Positions 10,278-19,968 of a stretch of 64,000 bases of DNA are shown one piece after another (position 1 is the stretch's first letter; the number at the start of each line of letters is the position of its first letter). The DNA comes from Spirochaetia bacterium (GTDB lineage: Bacteria; Spirochaetota; Spirochaetia; SP-2023), in assembly GCA_965225855.1 (NCBI GenBank), contig CBDDCK010000005.1, positions 544,001 through 608,000 on the forward strand, read 5' to 3'. The notes under the pieces are model-generated. The model was not told where the DNA came from and did no database searches. It saw nothing but the letters and a program-made list of their open reading frames with translations. The position numbers and the translations under genes are program-made.

Positions 10278-10440
10278 AAGAGATTTTTGTAACAAGATAA
10301 ACTTTGGCCAAGCCTTGCTGGCCTTTTGGGTGGGTACTATGGCTAGTAACCCACTACCAAGCGGGTAGTGGATTGCTAGCTTGGTAGTGGAATAATTTTG
10401 CTTATTCATAGTTATTACGCTTGGATTTTCTAAATACAGA

Positions 10441-11592
10441 TTAAAGAAATTCAAGCACTTCAATACTTAATTCTTCTAATCTTATACCAGCATAGCGGTG
10501 CAAACTATCGACAACATATGTTTGCAATTTATAAAGGAAGCTATTTAATTCTTTAGCATTTTCACCTTTTACCAAACAAAACGGTATTTTGATAAATATT
10601 TTCACCCTCTGCGATAATCGGCCAATGCGCATCCGCTCTATTTCAATATCTTGGTTGTATTCGTCAATACAGTGGACAATCATTTGCCGTAAAGCACTTT
10701 CGGTAATTTGAACTTTCCCTTGTTTTTGCGAATTATCTTCGAGGTCTTTGTTCATAAATTGGGGTTTTACCACCATTTTTTCAAAAACTTTTTCACCCTT
10801 TTTCCGCGTATACTTTTTTAAATAGTGCTTCATACCCAAACGCAAGTCCGAAAGAAATACACGAAAACTTTCTTTAAATAAGTAGTTGTACTCTCTGGAA
10901 ACTTCAATCGCAGGAACAGGGATAATATGATGCCCTCCGCGGCGACTCTTACGGGCTTTCTCTATTTCTTCTGGATTAGATATTTCTTCTATATAAGTTA
11001 TATCACTCTCGGCAATTTGGGGCAGGCCCAACCGGTCGGCAATTATATAGACCATTTTGGTCGAGGTACCCACCAACAAGATCCGTTGTACTTTATTTTC
11101 TTTTATTGCCGTTCGCACTTCGGCTAAATGTTCAGAGTCATCAAACAGGGCGGTTTTGATGGCCTTGATGTAAATTTGTTCATTTTTAGCCGAACGGCCT
11201 GCAACAATTCGGCTATTTTCTATTAAAATGCCGTCATCAATTAAAAATGGAATATTGTGGTTTTCGGCAAATAATAAGGCACGAAAACTTTTGCCCGTAC
11301 CGCTGGCTCCCACAAGGGCAAAAGGGCGGGGACGACCACCACGCAGTAATAAATCTATTTTTTGGACAACGACTTGATGTTGTCCAAAGTGCGCTTCGAT
11401 AATAGGCTCTGCACGTTCACGCAGCCGGCGCAATTTTTGACGCACATTGAATCGCTGTTTACCCGAGCCTTTTATATTTTTAGCTGCATCATTTTCACAA
11501 TGTAATGCCATTGCCCCACCCCTTTTTTCTTCCAAGGAACTTGGCTCAATTGCTTTTTCTGAACTTCTTGGTTTGGGCTTACGCAAGGGCAT
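10441..11592 (-). CDS. P-loop protein with a C-terminal Asp23/Gls24-like domain
   Basis: ALVGASGTGKSFRA, IDDGILI, AGRSAK and HIIPVPAIEV motifs; C-terminal GKVQITESALRQM. Confidence 0.7.
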   Translation of the reverse strand: MPLRKPKPRSSEKAIEPSSLEEKRGGAMALHCENDAAKNIKGSGKQRFNVRQKLRRLRERAEPIIEAHFGQHQVVVQKIDLLLRGGRPRPFALVGASGTGKSFRALLFAENHNIPFLIDDGILIENSRIVAGRSAKNEQIYIKAIKTALFDDSEHLAEVRTAIKENKVQRILLVGTSTKMVYIIADRLGLPQIAESDITYIEEISNPEEIEKARKSRRGGHHIIPVPAIEVSREYNYLFKESFRVFLSDLRLGMKHYLKKYTRKKGEKVFEKMVVKPQFMNKDLEDNSQKQGKVQITESALRQMIVHCIDEYNQDIEIERMRIGRLSQRVKIFIKIPFCLVKGENAKELNSFLYKLQTYVVDSLHRYAGIRLEELSIEVLEFL

Positions 11593-11663
11593 CGTCCACT
11601 TTTTTCATTAGGATACTAAAGAACAGAAATAACCAAACTCAAGTCTGCGGTATAACAATAAAC

Positions 11664-11975
11664 TCACGAAGCTGCTGAGCTGGTTTCATTCTTCGGAGCG
11701 TTACTTGCAGTATTAGCAGAAGAATTGCCCGATTCTCCAGTTTTTTCAGCTTTTCCTTTTGGGGTTTGTTTGTCCTTTGTTTGCTTTGTGTCTGCTTTTT
11801 TGCTATCGTTGACGTAAAAACCATCGCCCTTAAAAATAACCCCTGCGCTGGAAATCAAGCGGCGCAGTTTAGGCTCTTGGCAATGGGGGCAATCTTGCAA
11901 AGGCTGGTCGTGAATAGACTGAGAAGCCTCAAACTGGGCTTCACAAGAACTACACTGATAGTCATAAGTAGGCAT
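11664..11975 (-). CDS. FmdB family zinc-ribbon protein
   Basis: MPTYDYQCSSC...CPHC...FKGDGFYVND. Confidence 0.9.
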   Translation of the reverse strand: MPTYDYQCSSCEAQFEASQSIHDQPLQDCPHCQEPKLRRLISSAGVIFKGDGFYVNDSKKADTKQTKDKQTPKGKAEKTGESGNSSANTASNAPKNETSSAAS

Positions 11976-12053
11976 ATCTTCTCCTGTTTTTTTATCACTC
12001 TCACTATAGAAAGTATATTTCGCAAGTTTGGTACTGGTAAACCAGACCCTATT

Positions 12054-13352
12054 CTAGATAGTTCCCGGGATTAGCTTGAGAATTTCTTTGATGGAGAGGC
12101 ATTGCTCATCAACTTCAAAAGAACGGCCGTGTTCAAGAATTTTATGGGCTACGTCCCACATGGCAGGGTAGGCAGAACGCAACATGTGATTTGCGTAAAT
12201 ACAGACATTGATACCCTGATCGATTAATTCCCTCTCATAAACCTTGTTGTAACTGGTTGGCACCACGATAAGAGGAACAACTCTAGGCAAGCGGTGGAAA
12301 CGCTTACAAAACTCATAGATTTCAGCGGGGTCTTTATGGCGACTGTGTATCATAATCCCATCAACCCCAGCATTGATATAGGCATCGGCACGAGCAATTG
12401 CATCGGCCATACCAGCATCGAGAATTAGGCTTTCAATGCGGGCGACTATCATAAATTCTGGGTTGACCCTAGCGTGCAGTCCCGCTTGAATCTTGGTGCA
12501 AAAGCCTTCAATGCTATCCTGCTGTTGCGCAACTTCATTGCCCAACAGAGAATTTTTCTTCAGTCCAGTTTTATCTTCGATAATCACAGCAGAAACACCC
12601 ACACGCTCCAGCGTACGAACGGTGAAAGGAAAATGTTCCAACTTGCCACCCGTATCGCCATCGTAAATCATGGGCTTGGTGGTTACTTCAAAAATATCAT
12701 TGATGGTTACGAGCCTTGAAGTTATATCGACTGCTTCTATATCGGGCTTTCCCCTACTGGTGGAATCTGTGAGGGAGCTAGACCACATACCGTCAAAACA
12801 AACGGTTTTACTGTCTCGTTCCACCGCAGCATTTTCGGCAATTAAGCCCGAGAGGCCGTTATGAGTTTCTAACACGCGCACCATATCTTTAGCGGCTATC
12901 AAACGCTTTAGGCTTTGCAAGCGCATTGTCGGGGTAATGCCAGTACTGGAAATGTTTTTGATAATATCCGAGGAGCTAATATCTTTGGTATAGGGCACCT
13001 CTATTAGCTTACCACCCCATTGGACTAAAGCACTGATAACCCGATTGCGGAAAATATCCATCGGGGCTTTTTGCCAGTCATCACCGTGGATTACATAGTT
13101 TGGCTGTAGCTTGGCTACCATTACCGAATCGTCCCACTCTTCTTGGGGTACAACTTGGGATACACCTTTTAAATTCTCCAGCACTTGCCTGCGTTGTTCA
13201 AAATTGAGATAGGGTAAACGCTTGTAGTCAGCAATGGCTTTATCGGTCAATAAGCCAACCGTTACATCGCCGTACTCACGAGCTTTTTCGATAATGCGAA
13301 TGTGCCCATGATGGATAATATCACCACTCATAGATACATAGACCTTTTTCAT
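12054..13352 (-). CDS. aepX: Phosphoenolpyruvate mutase with an N-terminal cytidylyltransferase domain
   Basis: N-terminal HHGH nucleotidyltransferase motif; PEP mutase signature EDK-X5-NS (EDKTGLKKNS); GMWSSSLTDS..GKPDIE. Confidence 0.93.
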   Translation of the reverse strand: MKKVYVSMSGDIIHHGHIRIIEKAREYGDVTVGLLTDKAIADYKRLPYLNFEQRRQVLENLKGVSQVVPQEEWDDSVMVAKLQPNYVIHGDDWQKAPMDIFRNRVISALVQWGGKLIEVPYTKDISSSDIIKNISSTGITPTMRLQSLKRLIAAKDMVRVLETHNGLSGLIAENAAVERDSKTVCFDGMWSSSLTDSTSRGKPDIEAVDITSRLVTINDIFEVTTKPMIYDGDTGGKLEHFPFTVRTLERVGVSAVIIEDKTGLKKNSLLGNEVAQQQDSIEGFCTKIQAGLHARVNPEFMIVARIESLILDAGMADAIARADAYINAGVDGIMIHSRHKDPAEIYEFCKRFHRLPRVVPLIVVPTSYNKVYERELIDQGINVCIYANHMLRSAYPAMWDVAHKILEHGRSFEVDEQCLSIKEILKLIPGTI

Positions 13353-13510
13353 CAACTACTCCTAGCTATTCTTATTTTGACGTTGCAAAAGTAGGGGCAG
13401 ATTCTACTTATAGACCGAACAATCTGCAAGCACTTTAGATAAAAACCGTTTCATACAAAAATAAAAGCTTAGATTCTCTTTACTAAAAGAGCCGATAGGA
13501 TAAAGCTCTA

Positions 13511-13548
13511 CCCAAGAACCAAGAACCAAGGCCCAAGAACCAAGGCCC
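13511..13548. repeat. Short 7-8 bp tandem repeat (CCAAGAA/CCAAGGC)
   Basis: cccaagaaccaagaaccaaggcccaagaaccaaggccc. Confidence 0.7.
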
Positions 13549-13768
13549 ATAATGATAAACGAAGAAGCAAAAGAAAGGTTATACTACCAATATTCTATTT
13601 ATTACCCGAACTTACTTATTATTTATTGTATTCTAGCGATAATACGTATTGACCAGACAACCAAAAATTCCCTTTATAGTTCAACAACCGACTCTCTTTA
13701 CGACCTACAAGATTTACTCTACATTATTTTGACTTTGTTCTGCTGTAGTTTCATAGTTATGAATTGAG

Positions 13769-13813
13769 CAAGTCGATAACTATGGATTAGGTCGGTCCAT
13801 AGTTATCGACTTG
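13769..13813. repeat. Perfect 18-bp inverted repeat with a 9-nt loop (dispersed REP-like element)
   Basis: caagtcgataactatgga / tccatagttatcgacttg; second, degenerate copy at 7557-7602. Confidence 0.85.
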
Positions 13814-14325
13814 GCTGACTATCATTTTAGGATACAGGTAACCCAATAATTCATCCAGTAATTAAATTAGTATTCAATAGGCCCTCACCTGATCATTGAC
13901 TAGCTAAATATGGTTGCCATCTTGGTTTAGTAGAAATATGCCATTCGTCCGCGCTTGTTCTATCATCTCCTCATCGGTGATCAAAGTGCCAAAGCCAAAA
14001 TACAGCTTCTGATCGTTGTACTCAGGATAGCTTTCTCTAAACTGTTTAATTTTCTTTTCAACAAATTCCCCTTGGGTAAACCTTGGGTAAGGCCCAAGCT
14101 CCGCAATTATCTAACCACGGCAGGGGCCTCCTTATATAGTTTGGCAATTGTAGCGATTGGCCATAGTTGGCACTAGCTCCCAAAACTAAGGCCAAACTCA
14201 AGGCCCTAATTCAGAAATATTGTATTTATTTTTCATTTTCCAAGAGAATAAATATTTAGATGAATATTTTATATCTAATCTTGTATGGAACTCACAAAAT
14301 ATAGGTTGATAAATTTTGAGTGTGC

Positions 14326-14370
14326 TTGACAAGACTTTATTTCCCCTTATTATTATTGGTTATCAATATT
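14326..14370 (+). promoter_or_regulatory. Putative sigma70 promoter overlapped by a Fur-box-like site
   Basis: TTGACA at 14326 and TATTAT 16 bp later; attattggttatcaatatt (14352-14370) matches GATAATGATAATCATTATC at 12/19, upstream of an iron ABC operon. Confidence 0.45.
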
Positions 14371-14393
14371 ATTTGATTTTAAGGTTTAAGGTT

Positions 14394-15200
14394 ATGCTGT
14401 CGTGCTGTAATATTTCTTCAGGATATGGGAAAAACTCCCAAGTCTTTTTTGGATTAAATTTAAATTTTGAACCCAATAGATTTACCGTATTATTGGGTGC
14501 AAATGGCTGTGGCAAAAGCACATTATTAAAAACTATTATGGGTTTTTTGCCACTATCACAGGGCAAGATTTTATTAAACGATATTAATGTGCGTTCCATT
14601 AAACCGAAAAAATTGGCTAAGAAAATTTCCTATTTGCCGCAGCATCTCCATTGTCCCGATTATTTAACGGTGGGAGAATTAGTGGAATTGGGGCGTTATG
14701 CCAATTTAAAAGAAAGCGTTTTTGGGGCCATTAACAAACAGGAACGTGATTATTTCATCTATTGTTTAGAACAAGTTGGCTTGCAAGATATGGCAAGTAT
14801 TGCTGTCAATTCACTCTCTGGCGGGCAAAAACAACGAGCATGGATTGCGATGGTGCTAGCACAAGATAGCGATATTATTTTGCTGGACGAACCGGTCAAC
14901 CATTTGGACCCCAATTATCAATATTCAATCCTAAGCCTAGTTCGTAAAATTAGGATCGACAATAACAAAACAGTAATTGTAGTTCTGCATGATTTAAATC
15001 AGGCGTGTGTATTTGCCGATAACGCATGCTTACTAAAACAAGGCCAAGTTATTGCCAATGGTACAGTAACGCAATCTTTAACTGCTGATAATATTAAAAT
15101 CAGTTTTGATTTTGATATTGTTCCTATCGAACATCAAAGCCATAGGTTTTGTTTACCACAGACGCAAAGTTATCAGACCAACGCAACGGACAAAGCATGA
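14394..15200 (+). CDS. Iron-siderophore ABC transporter ATP-binding protein (FepC/FhuC/FecE-like)
   Basis: GANGCGKST, LSGGQKQRAWIAMVLAQ, LLDEP and VLHDLNQA motifs. Confidence 0.92.
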   Translation: MLSCCNISSGYGKNSQVFFGLNLNFEPNRFTVLLGANGCGKSTLLKTIMGFLPLSQGKILLNDINVRSIKPKKLAKKISYLPQHLHCPDYLTVGELVELGRYANLKESVFGAINKQERDYFIYCLEQVGLQDMASIAVNSLSGGQKQRAWIAMVLAQDSDIILLDEPVNHLDPNYQYSILSLVRKIRIDNNKTVIVVLHDLNQACVFADNACLLKQGQVIANGTVTQSLTADNIKISFDFDIVPIEHQSHRFCLPQTQSYQTNATDKA

Positions 15201-16213
15201 CCAGACACAAGAATAGCATATGGCTGTTTTTCGGTTTTTTATTGCTAGTCATAGCACTGATTATCAATATGTCTGTGGGGTCAAAATATATCCCCATATT
15301 TGATGTGCTACGCGTTTTTTATGATTTTAACGAAGACTCTTATTTTGACTATATGGTGCGAGATACCCGTTTCCCCCGCAGCGTGATTGCGATTTTTGTG
15401 GCGGCAAATATGGCTGTTTGTGGTTGTGTTTTACAAGGAGTCTCTAACAATCCATTGGCATCGCCATCGTTATTAGGCATTACATCGGGTGCCGTTTTTG
15501 CTGTGGTATTCTTGGGATTTTATCTAAGTATTCCTTTGGAGTATCATGGTTTTGTTGCCTTTGGTGGCGGCATTATGGGATTTGCCTGTTGCTATATTGT
15601 TGCCAAAATGGCTGGATTAAAAAATGACCCACGAGGAATGGTGTTAATTTTAGCAGGGGCCATTGTATCTTCTTTGTTAGGTACTATTGCCAATGCTTTA
15701 GTGCTTGCCGATCAGGGGTTATGGACATTATTGCGCAACTGGATTGCAGGTGATATCAACCATGTGTATATGGAACGCCTCAATGATCTATGGTTATTTG
15801 GAGTTATCCCCATTTTGATTTTGTTTTATATTTCCCGCCCTTTGACATTAATTATCTTAGGAACAGAAACTGCCCAAGCTACCGGGGTTAATGTGAAATT
15901 TTATATGATGGTGGCTCTGACTTGTGCCATTTTTGCATCGACTGCCGCAACTGCCGTAATTGGCCCAGTTGGATTTTTTGGCTTGGTTGTGCCCCATATG
16001 GTGCGCCCTTTGGTGGGGGTACATTTTCGATATGCTATCCCTATGAATATATTTGTTGGCAGTACAGTTGGGTTGGTGGTGGATAGCATTGCTCGCACTG
16101 CATTTTTACCTTTTATCGTCAATACCAGCGTTATTATGCAAATATTAGGGGGCATTGTATTTGTATTGATGGTGAGAAGGTACTACATCAATAAACAAGT
16201 GTCCAATAGGTAA
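15197..16213 (+). CDS. Iron ABC transporter permease (FecCD family)
   Basis: RFPR, NNPLASPSLLGITSGA and GFFGLVVPH motifs; ATGA overlap with the upstream gene. Confidence 0.92.
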   Translation: MTRHKNSIWLFFGFLLLVIALIINMSVGSKYIPIFDVLRVFYDFNEDSYFDYMVRDTRFPRSVIAIFVAANMAVCGCVLQGVSNNPLASPSLLGITSGAVFAVVFLGFYLSIPLEYHGFVAFGGGIMGFACCYIVAKMAGLKNDPRGMVLILAGAIVSSLLGTIANALVLADQGLWTLLRNWIAGDINHVYMERLNDLWLFGVIPILILFYISRPLTLIILGTETAQATGVNVKFYMMVALTCAIFASTAATAVIGPVGFFGLVVPHMVRPLVGVHFRYAIPMNIFVGSTVGLVVDSIARTAFLPFIVNTSVIMQILGGIVFVLMVRRYYINKQVSNR

Positions 16214-16215
16214 AT

Positions 16216-17277
16216 ATGATGATTCAAAAAACTATAGATGGTCGCCATCGTTTGCATCTGCTATATTTTAACATGGATACCCACAATTTATTCACATTGG
16301 TATGGCTTGCCTTAGGTATTATATTTGCTATGGGCTGGTCTATTCAATCTGGCACAGAAAGCGTCTCATTTATAGAAGTATTGCAATCTTTTGTGGGCTA
16401 CGATTTGGGGGCAGATAAAGAATTTGCCATTTATGATAACCGCATGCCCCGTATTATTATGGCAGGGTTAGTCGGTTGTTGCGTTGCGATGGTAGGGGCA
16501 ATTTTGCAATCGCTAATGCGTAATCCATTGGCAGACCCCGGATTATTGGGATTATCACAAGGTAGCATTCTCACGATTATGGTAACCATGTTTTATTTTC
16601 CCAACTTGCCCCATATTTATTATCCTTGGTTTGCCTTGTTGGGTGGTTTAGCTGTTGGCTTTCTATTGCTATTTTTAGTGGGCAAACACAATCAAGGAGG
16701 TATTGCTATATTGTTGATGGGAATTGCGCTAGAGACCGTATTATCATCTATTTCATCAATTATGATTTTGCATTTTGACGTGACCCGGTCTTATAACATT
16801 GCCCAATGGGCACAGGGCTCACTGTTTTATTCTAGCTGGGATTATGTGCTTGAATTTATGGTTTGGTTTACCCTAGCCTTGGCGGGACTGATATTTTTGT
16901 GTAAACCGCTGCGAGTTTACGACCTTGGCGACCAAATGGCTTTGTCTTTAGGCGAACGCATTACCGTTAGCAAACCAATTTTGCTTATTTTTACTGTTTT
17001 AATTACAGCGGCTAGTGTTTCTGCTGTTGGTCCAATGGCATTTTTGGGGGTGTTATGCCCCCATCTGGTAGATTTTGTTACCAAAGCTAGTGGTCGTTCA
17101 CGGGTATTTCTATCGGGTATGGTAGGAGCATTTGTTTTGATTATTGCCGATTACATCACCCGAACGAATTTAACCTATTTATACATGCCTATCGGTATGA
17201 CTATTATTATGGTAGGAGTGCCATTATTTATTGTTACACTACGTTTGAGGTATTTGCAGATAGCGCGCAGTCAATAA
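16216..17277 (+). CDS. Iron ABC transporter permease (FecCD family)
   Basis: RMPR, RNPLADPGLLG and AFLGVLCPH motifs. Confidence 0.92.
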   Translation: MMIQKTIDGRHRLHLLYFNMDTHNLFTLVWLALGIIFAMGWSIQSGTESVSFIEVLQSFVGYDLGADKEFAIYDNRMPRIIMAGLVGCCVAMVGAILQSLMRNPLADPGLLGLSQGSILTIMVTMFYFPNLPHIYYPWFALLGGLAVGFLLLFLVGKHNQGGIAILLMGIALETVLSSISSIMILHFDVTRSYNIAQWAQGSLFYSSWDYVLEFMVWFTLALAGLIFLCKPLRVYDLGDQMALSLGERITVSKPILLIFTVLITAASVSAVGPMAFLGVLCPHLVDFVTKASGRSRVFLSGMVGAFVLIIADYITRTNLTYLYMPIGMTIIMVGVPLFIVTLRLRYLQIARSQ

Positions 17278-17325
17278 TTTATATTCTTAATATCATAGAG
17301 AAAATAGAGAAAGGAGAAATATTCT

Positions 17326-18336
17326 ATGAAAAATTATATTCTAATTGCGTTAGTTTTAATACTACTGCTAGGTTGTTCTCGTCAGAAGCAAGAGCAAGCT
17401 GAGCCTTCAGCGGCTGCGGCTTCTTCGGCAGAATCTTCGGTGGAGATGAAAACTCTAACCGATGATGCGGGGCGCAACGTCAAAGTCCCCGTAAAACCGA
17501 AGGCCATTGCGGGTGGGCATGATGCGATTGTAACCCTGCCATTGTATGAGCTGGGTTTGCCTGTAATCGCTTCGCTTACGCGTAAAGACCCAGCAACAGG
17601 GGAGACAACTGTTTTTGGCCTCAAAGAGATTTTTGGTGTTACTGCTAAGCAAGCGGGAATTCAAAATGTGGCTGGCTATCAGGATATTGATGTGGAAAAG
17701 GTCCGTGCCTTAGGCGTTGACTTGTATATCGGTACTGAAGGTTCAGAAAAGACCGCCAACAAATTCAAAGGGGTTGCACCTTATTTTATCCAAAACAGTT
17801 ATTCAAAGGTCAGCGGTAATGCCAATCAAAAGATATTGGCAGAGCGTTTTGGCGCAATGGATAAATGGAACGAGCTGAATGACAAGTACCAAAAACGTTT
17901 GACAGAGGTTAAAGCAAAATTGCCCTTTGACCCATCTACGAAAACTTATATTGGGGTTATTATGTTTGACAAGCTAAGTGTTGGCAACAGCATTGGTGGG
18001 GTAAACCAAGCAATGGAAGATTTAGGTTTCCAAAAGGCAGATTGGCTTACTGGAGAGAAAAACTTAGGCTTTATGGTTCCAGTTGCCCCCGAAGAAATAG
18101 AAAAAATTGACCAAGATATTGTATTTATGATGGCAGGGTATTCATTTCCCGACCGTTCGCCAGCAAACACCCGAAAGCTGGTCCGAGCTTATGCTCCGGG
18201 CTGGGAGAAATTCCTAAAGGCAGCCACAGAAAACCGCATTATTTTTGTGGACAGTATGTTTACGGTTACCCCGACTTTTGCATCGAATATGTATATTCTC
18301 GATCAACTAGAACAATATTACAAGAGAGTCTCTTAA
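17326..18336 (+). CDS. Iron-siderophore ABC substrate-binding lipoprotein
   Basis: Lipobox LLG-C; TDDAGRNVKVPVKPKAI and DVEKVRALGVDL motifs; last gene of the FecCD operon. Confidence 0.88.
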   Translation: MKNYILIALVLILLLGCSRQKQEQAEPSAAAASSAESSVEMKTLTDDAGRNVKVPVKPKAIAGGHDAIVTLPLYELGLPVIASLTRKDPATGETTVFGLKEIFGVTAKQAGIQNVAGYQDIDVEKVRALGVDLYIGTEGSEKTANKFKGVAPYFIQNSYSKVSGNANQKILAERFGAMDKWNELNDKYQKRLTEVKAKLPFDPSTKTYIGVIMFDKLSVGNSIGGVNQAMEDLGFQKADWLTGEKNLGFMVPVAPEEIEKIDQDIVFMMAGYSFPDRSPANTRKLVRAYAPGWEKFLKAATENRIIFVDSMFTVTPTFASNMYILDQLEQYYKRVS

Positions 18337-18409
18337 TACCTAATAAGAGAGTCTCTTAATGCCTAATAAGAATTTTTTGCGTCCAGTGAAACTTTTGCCA
18401 AGTCTAGCT
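18322..18409. repeat. Second copy of the 23-bp-unit element (2 units plus conserved tail)
   Basis: aagagagtctcttaatacctaat + aagagagtctcttaatgcctaat, then a 42-bp tail similar to 10278-10319. Confidence 0.85.
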
Positions 18410-18460
18410 AAAACAGTCCAGCACTAGAAACTATCTAAAAAGGTTCGTTTTTACGTTATA

Positions 18461-18523
18461 AATTATGATTTTCATTTCTAAATATGGACTAAATTTTATC
18501 TTTAGGTTACAATTTTCATTATC
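18461..18523. promoter_or_regulatory. Two Fur-box-like sites upstream of the ECF/ABC operon
   Basis: 18461-18479 (12/19) and 18505-18523 (13/19) versus GATAATGATAATCATTATC. The AT-rich context lowers specificity. Confidence 0.4.
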
Positions 18524-18596
18524 TACTAGATTCTAGTGAGTAAATTCAATCACAAAAATAAAAGGATGGATAAAGGATTAATAAAAGGATGGATAA

Positions 18597-19204
18597 ATGA
18601 AAACTAAAGACTTTATTCTATGCGGCATACTAGCGGTAGTTTATTTTGTTATTATGATGCTAGTGAGTATGGTAATCACTCCAATAGTTGGGATTTTTGC
18701 CAACCTTGTGCATTTAGCTATACGCCCCTTATCACAGCAATTATTCCGTTACTGTTGGTTCGGAGAGCTCCTAAATTTGGAGTATTGACTATTTACACCG
18801 TTGTTTGGGTAACCCTTACTGCTTTGATGGGGCCTATCTTGCCTTGGATCATTACGGTGCTAGTTTGTACCCTAATAGCGGACTTAATTGCATTCTTCCA
18901 TAAATACAAGAAAATTTGGGTATTAGGTTTGGCCTTTGGAGTTATGGCATTGGGGCAATCCTTGGGATACATCATCACTATCAGATTCCTTTGGGATTCA
19001 TATAAAGGAATGTTTATCTCCAGAATGGGAGAGGAATGGGTGCAGAATATGACAGAGCTTTTCTACCAAAGTTCTATCCTAGCTCTTTTTGTTATAGTGC
19101 CTATAGTCTCCTCGTTAGTCGGTACGTTCTTGGCCGAGAAAATCTATAGCAAACACTTCCACAAAACAGCGATACAAGATAGCGATACGATACAAGACAG
19201 CTAA
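18597..19204 (+). pseudogene. MptD-like ECF transporter S component, frameshifted near 18713
   Basis: MKTKDFILCGILAVVYF N-terminus in one frame; PKFGVLTI...LAEKIYSKHFHK C-terminus in another. One extra base joins them. Confidence 0.75.
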
Positions 19205-19207
19205 ATC

Positions 19208-19947
19208 ATGATCAAACAAATAGACCCACGTACTTTATTTGTGGTAATTATGGCGGTTGGTATATTTCCTATTTTAACCATTTATTCTATTCGCTAGAAA
19301 AGATCTACCTATGTATTTTCCTAGCTATTTTGCTCGCGTTTTTCTTTGGTTTGGTTAGCGTAGCCTTAAAAGCCTTTGGCATCTTTATTTTAATTGGTTT
19401 AGTCAGAATCTCCATTGACTTTATAGATGCATATGCTGGATTTTACTCCCAAACCTTTGCGCAAATACTGGTGCTTTTTGTGTATCCATTGGATCTTTGT
19501 TTAATGTTAGCGCCTACATTTACCATAGGTTTTATCTTATTCCACAAAGTAGATACTTCTTTGTTGATAGCCTCGCTTAGAAAAATGAAATTGCCGCGTG
19601 GAGTGGTGCTATCTATTAGTGTGGCTTTACGCTATTTACCCACTATAAAAACAGAAATCATTTATATTCGCGAAAGTATGGCCATGCGCGGCTTGGATTT
19701 TGGAATAAAAAACTTTGTCTGTAAGCCGCTAAAGACTTTTGAATATGCCTTAGTGCCTTTGCTATTTCGTTCTCTAAAAATTGCAGAAGAACTTTCTGCT
19801 GCAGCCTTGACTAAGGGTTGGGAGTACCAAGGCAAAAAAAGTTTTTATGTGGATTGTCGTTTTACCAAAACAGACTTATTTACCGTCCTATATATTGTTT
19901 TGGGTTTAATACTAATTGATAGAATGCCACCTCTTTTTATATTTTAG
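19208..19947 (+). pseudogene. ECF transporter T component (EcfT/CbiQ), frameshifted near 19272
   Basis: MIKQIDPRT start stops at ~19297; the downstream frame has ALRYLPT..IRESMAMRG and EELSAAALTKG motifs. Confidence 0.75.
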
Positions 19948-19968
19948 CAGATTATATTTTAACAGAAC

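Noticed and set aside
13552..14176. Short ORFs 13552-13767 and 13955-14176
   Set aside because: No clear RBS or motif; they lie in a repeat-containing intergenic region.
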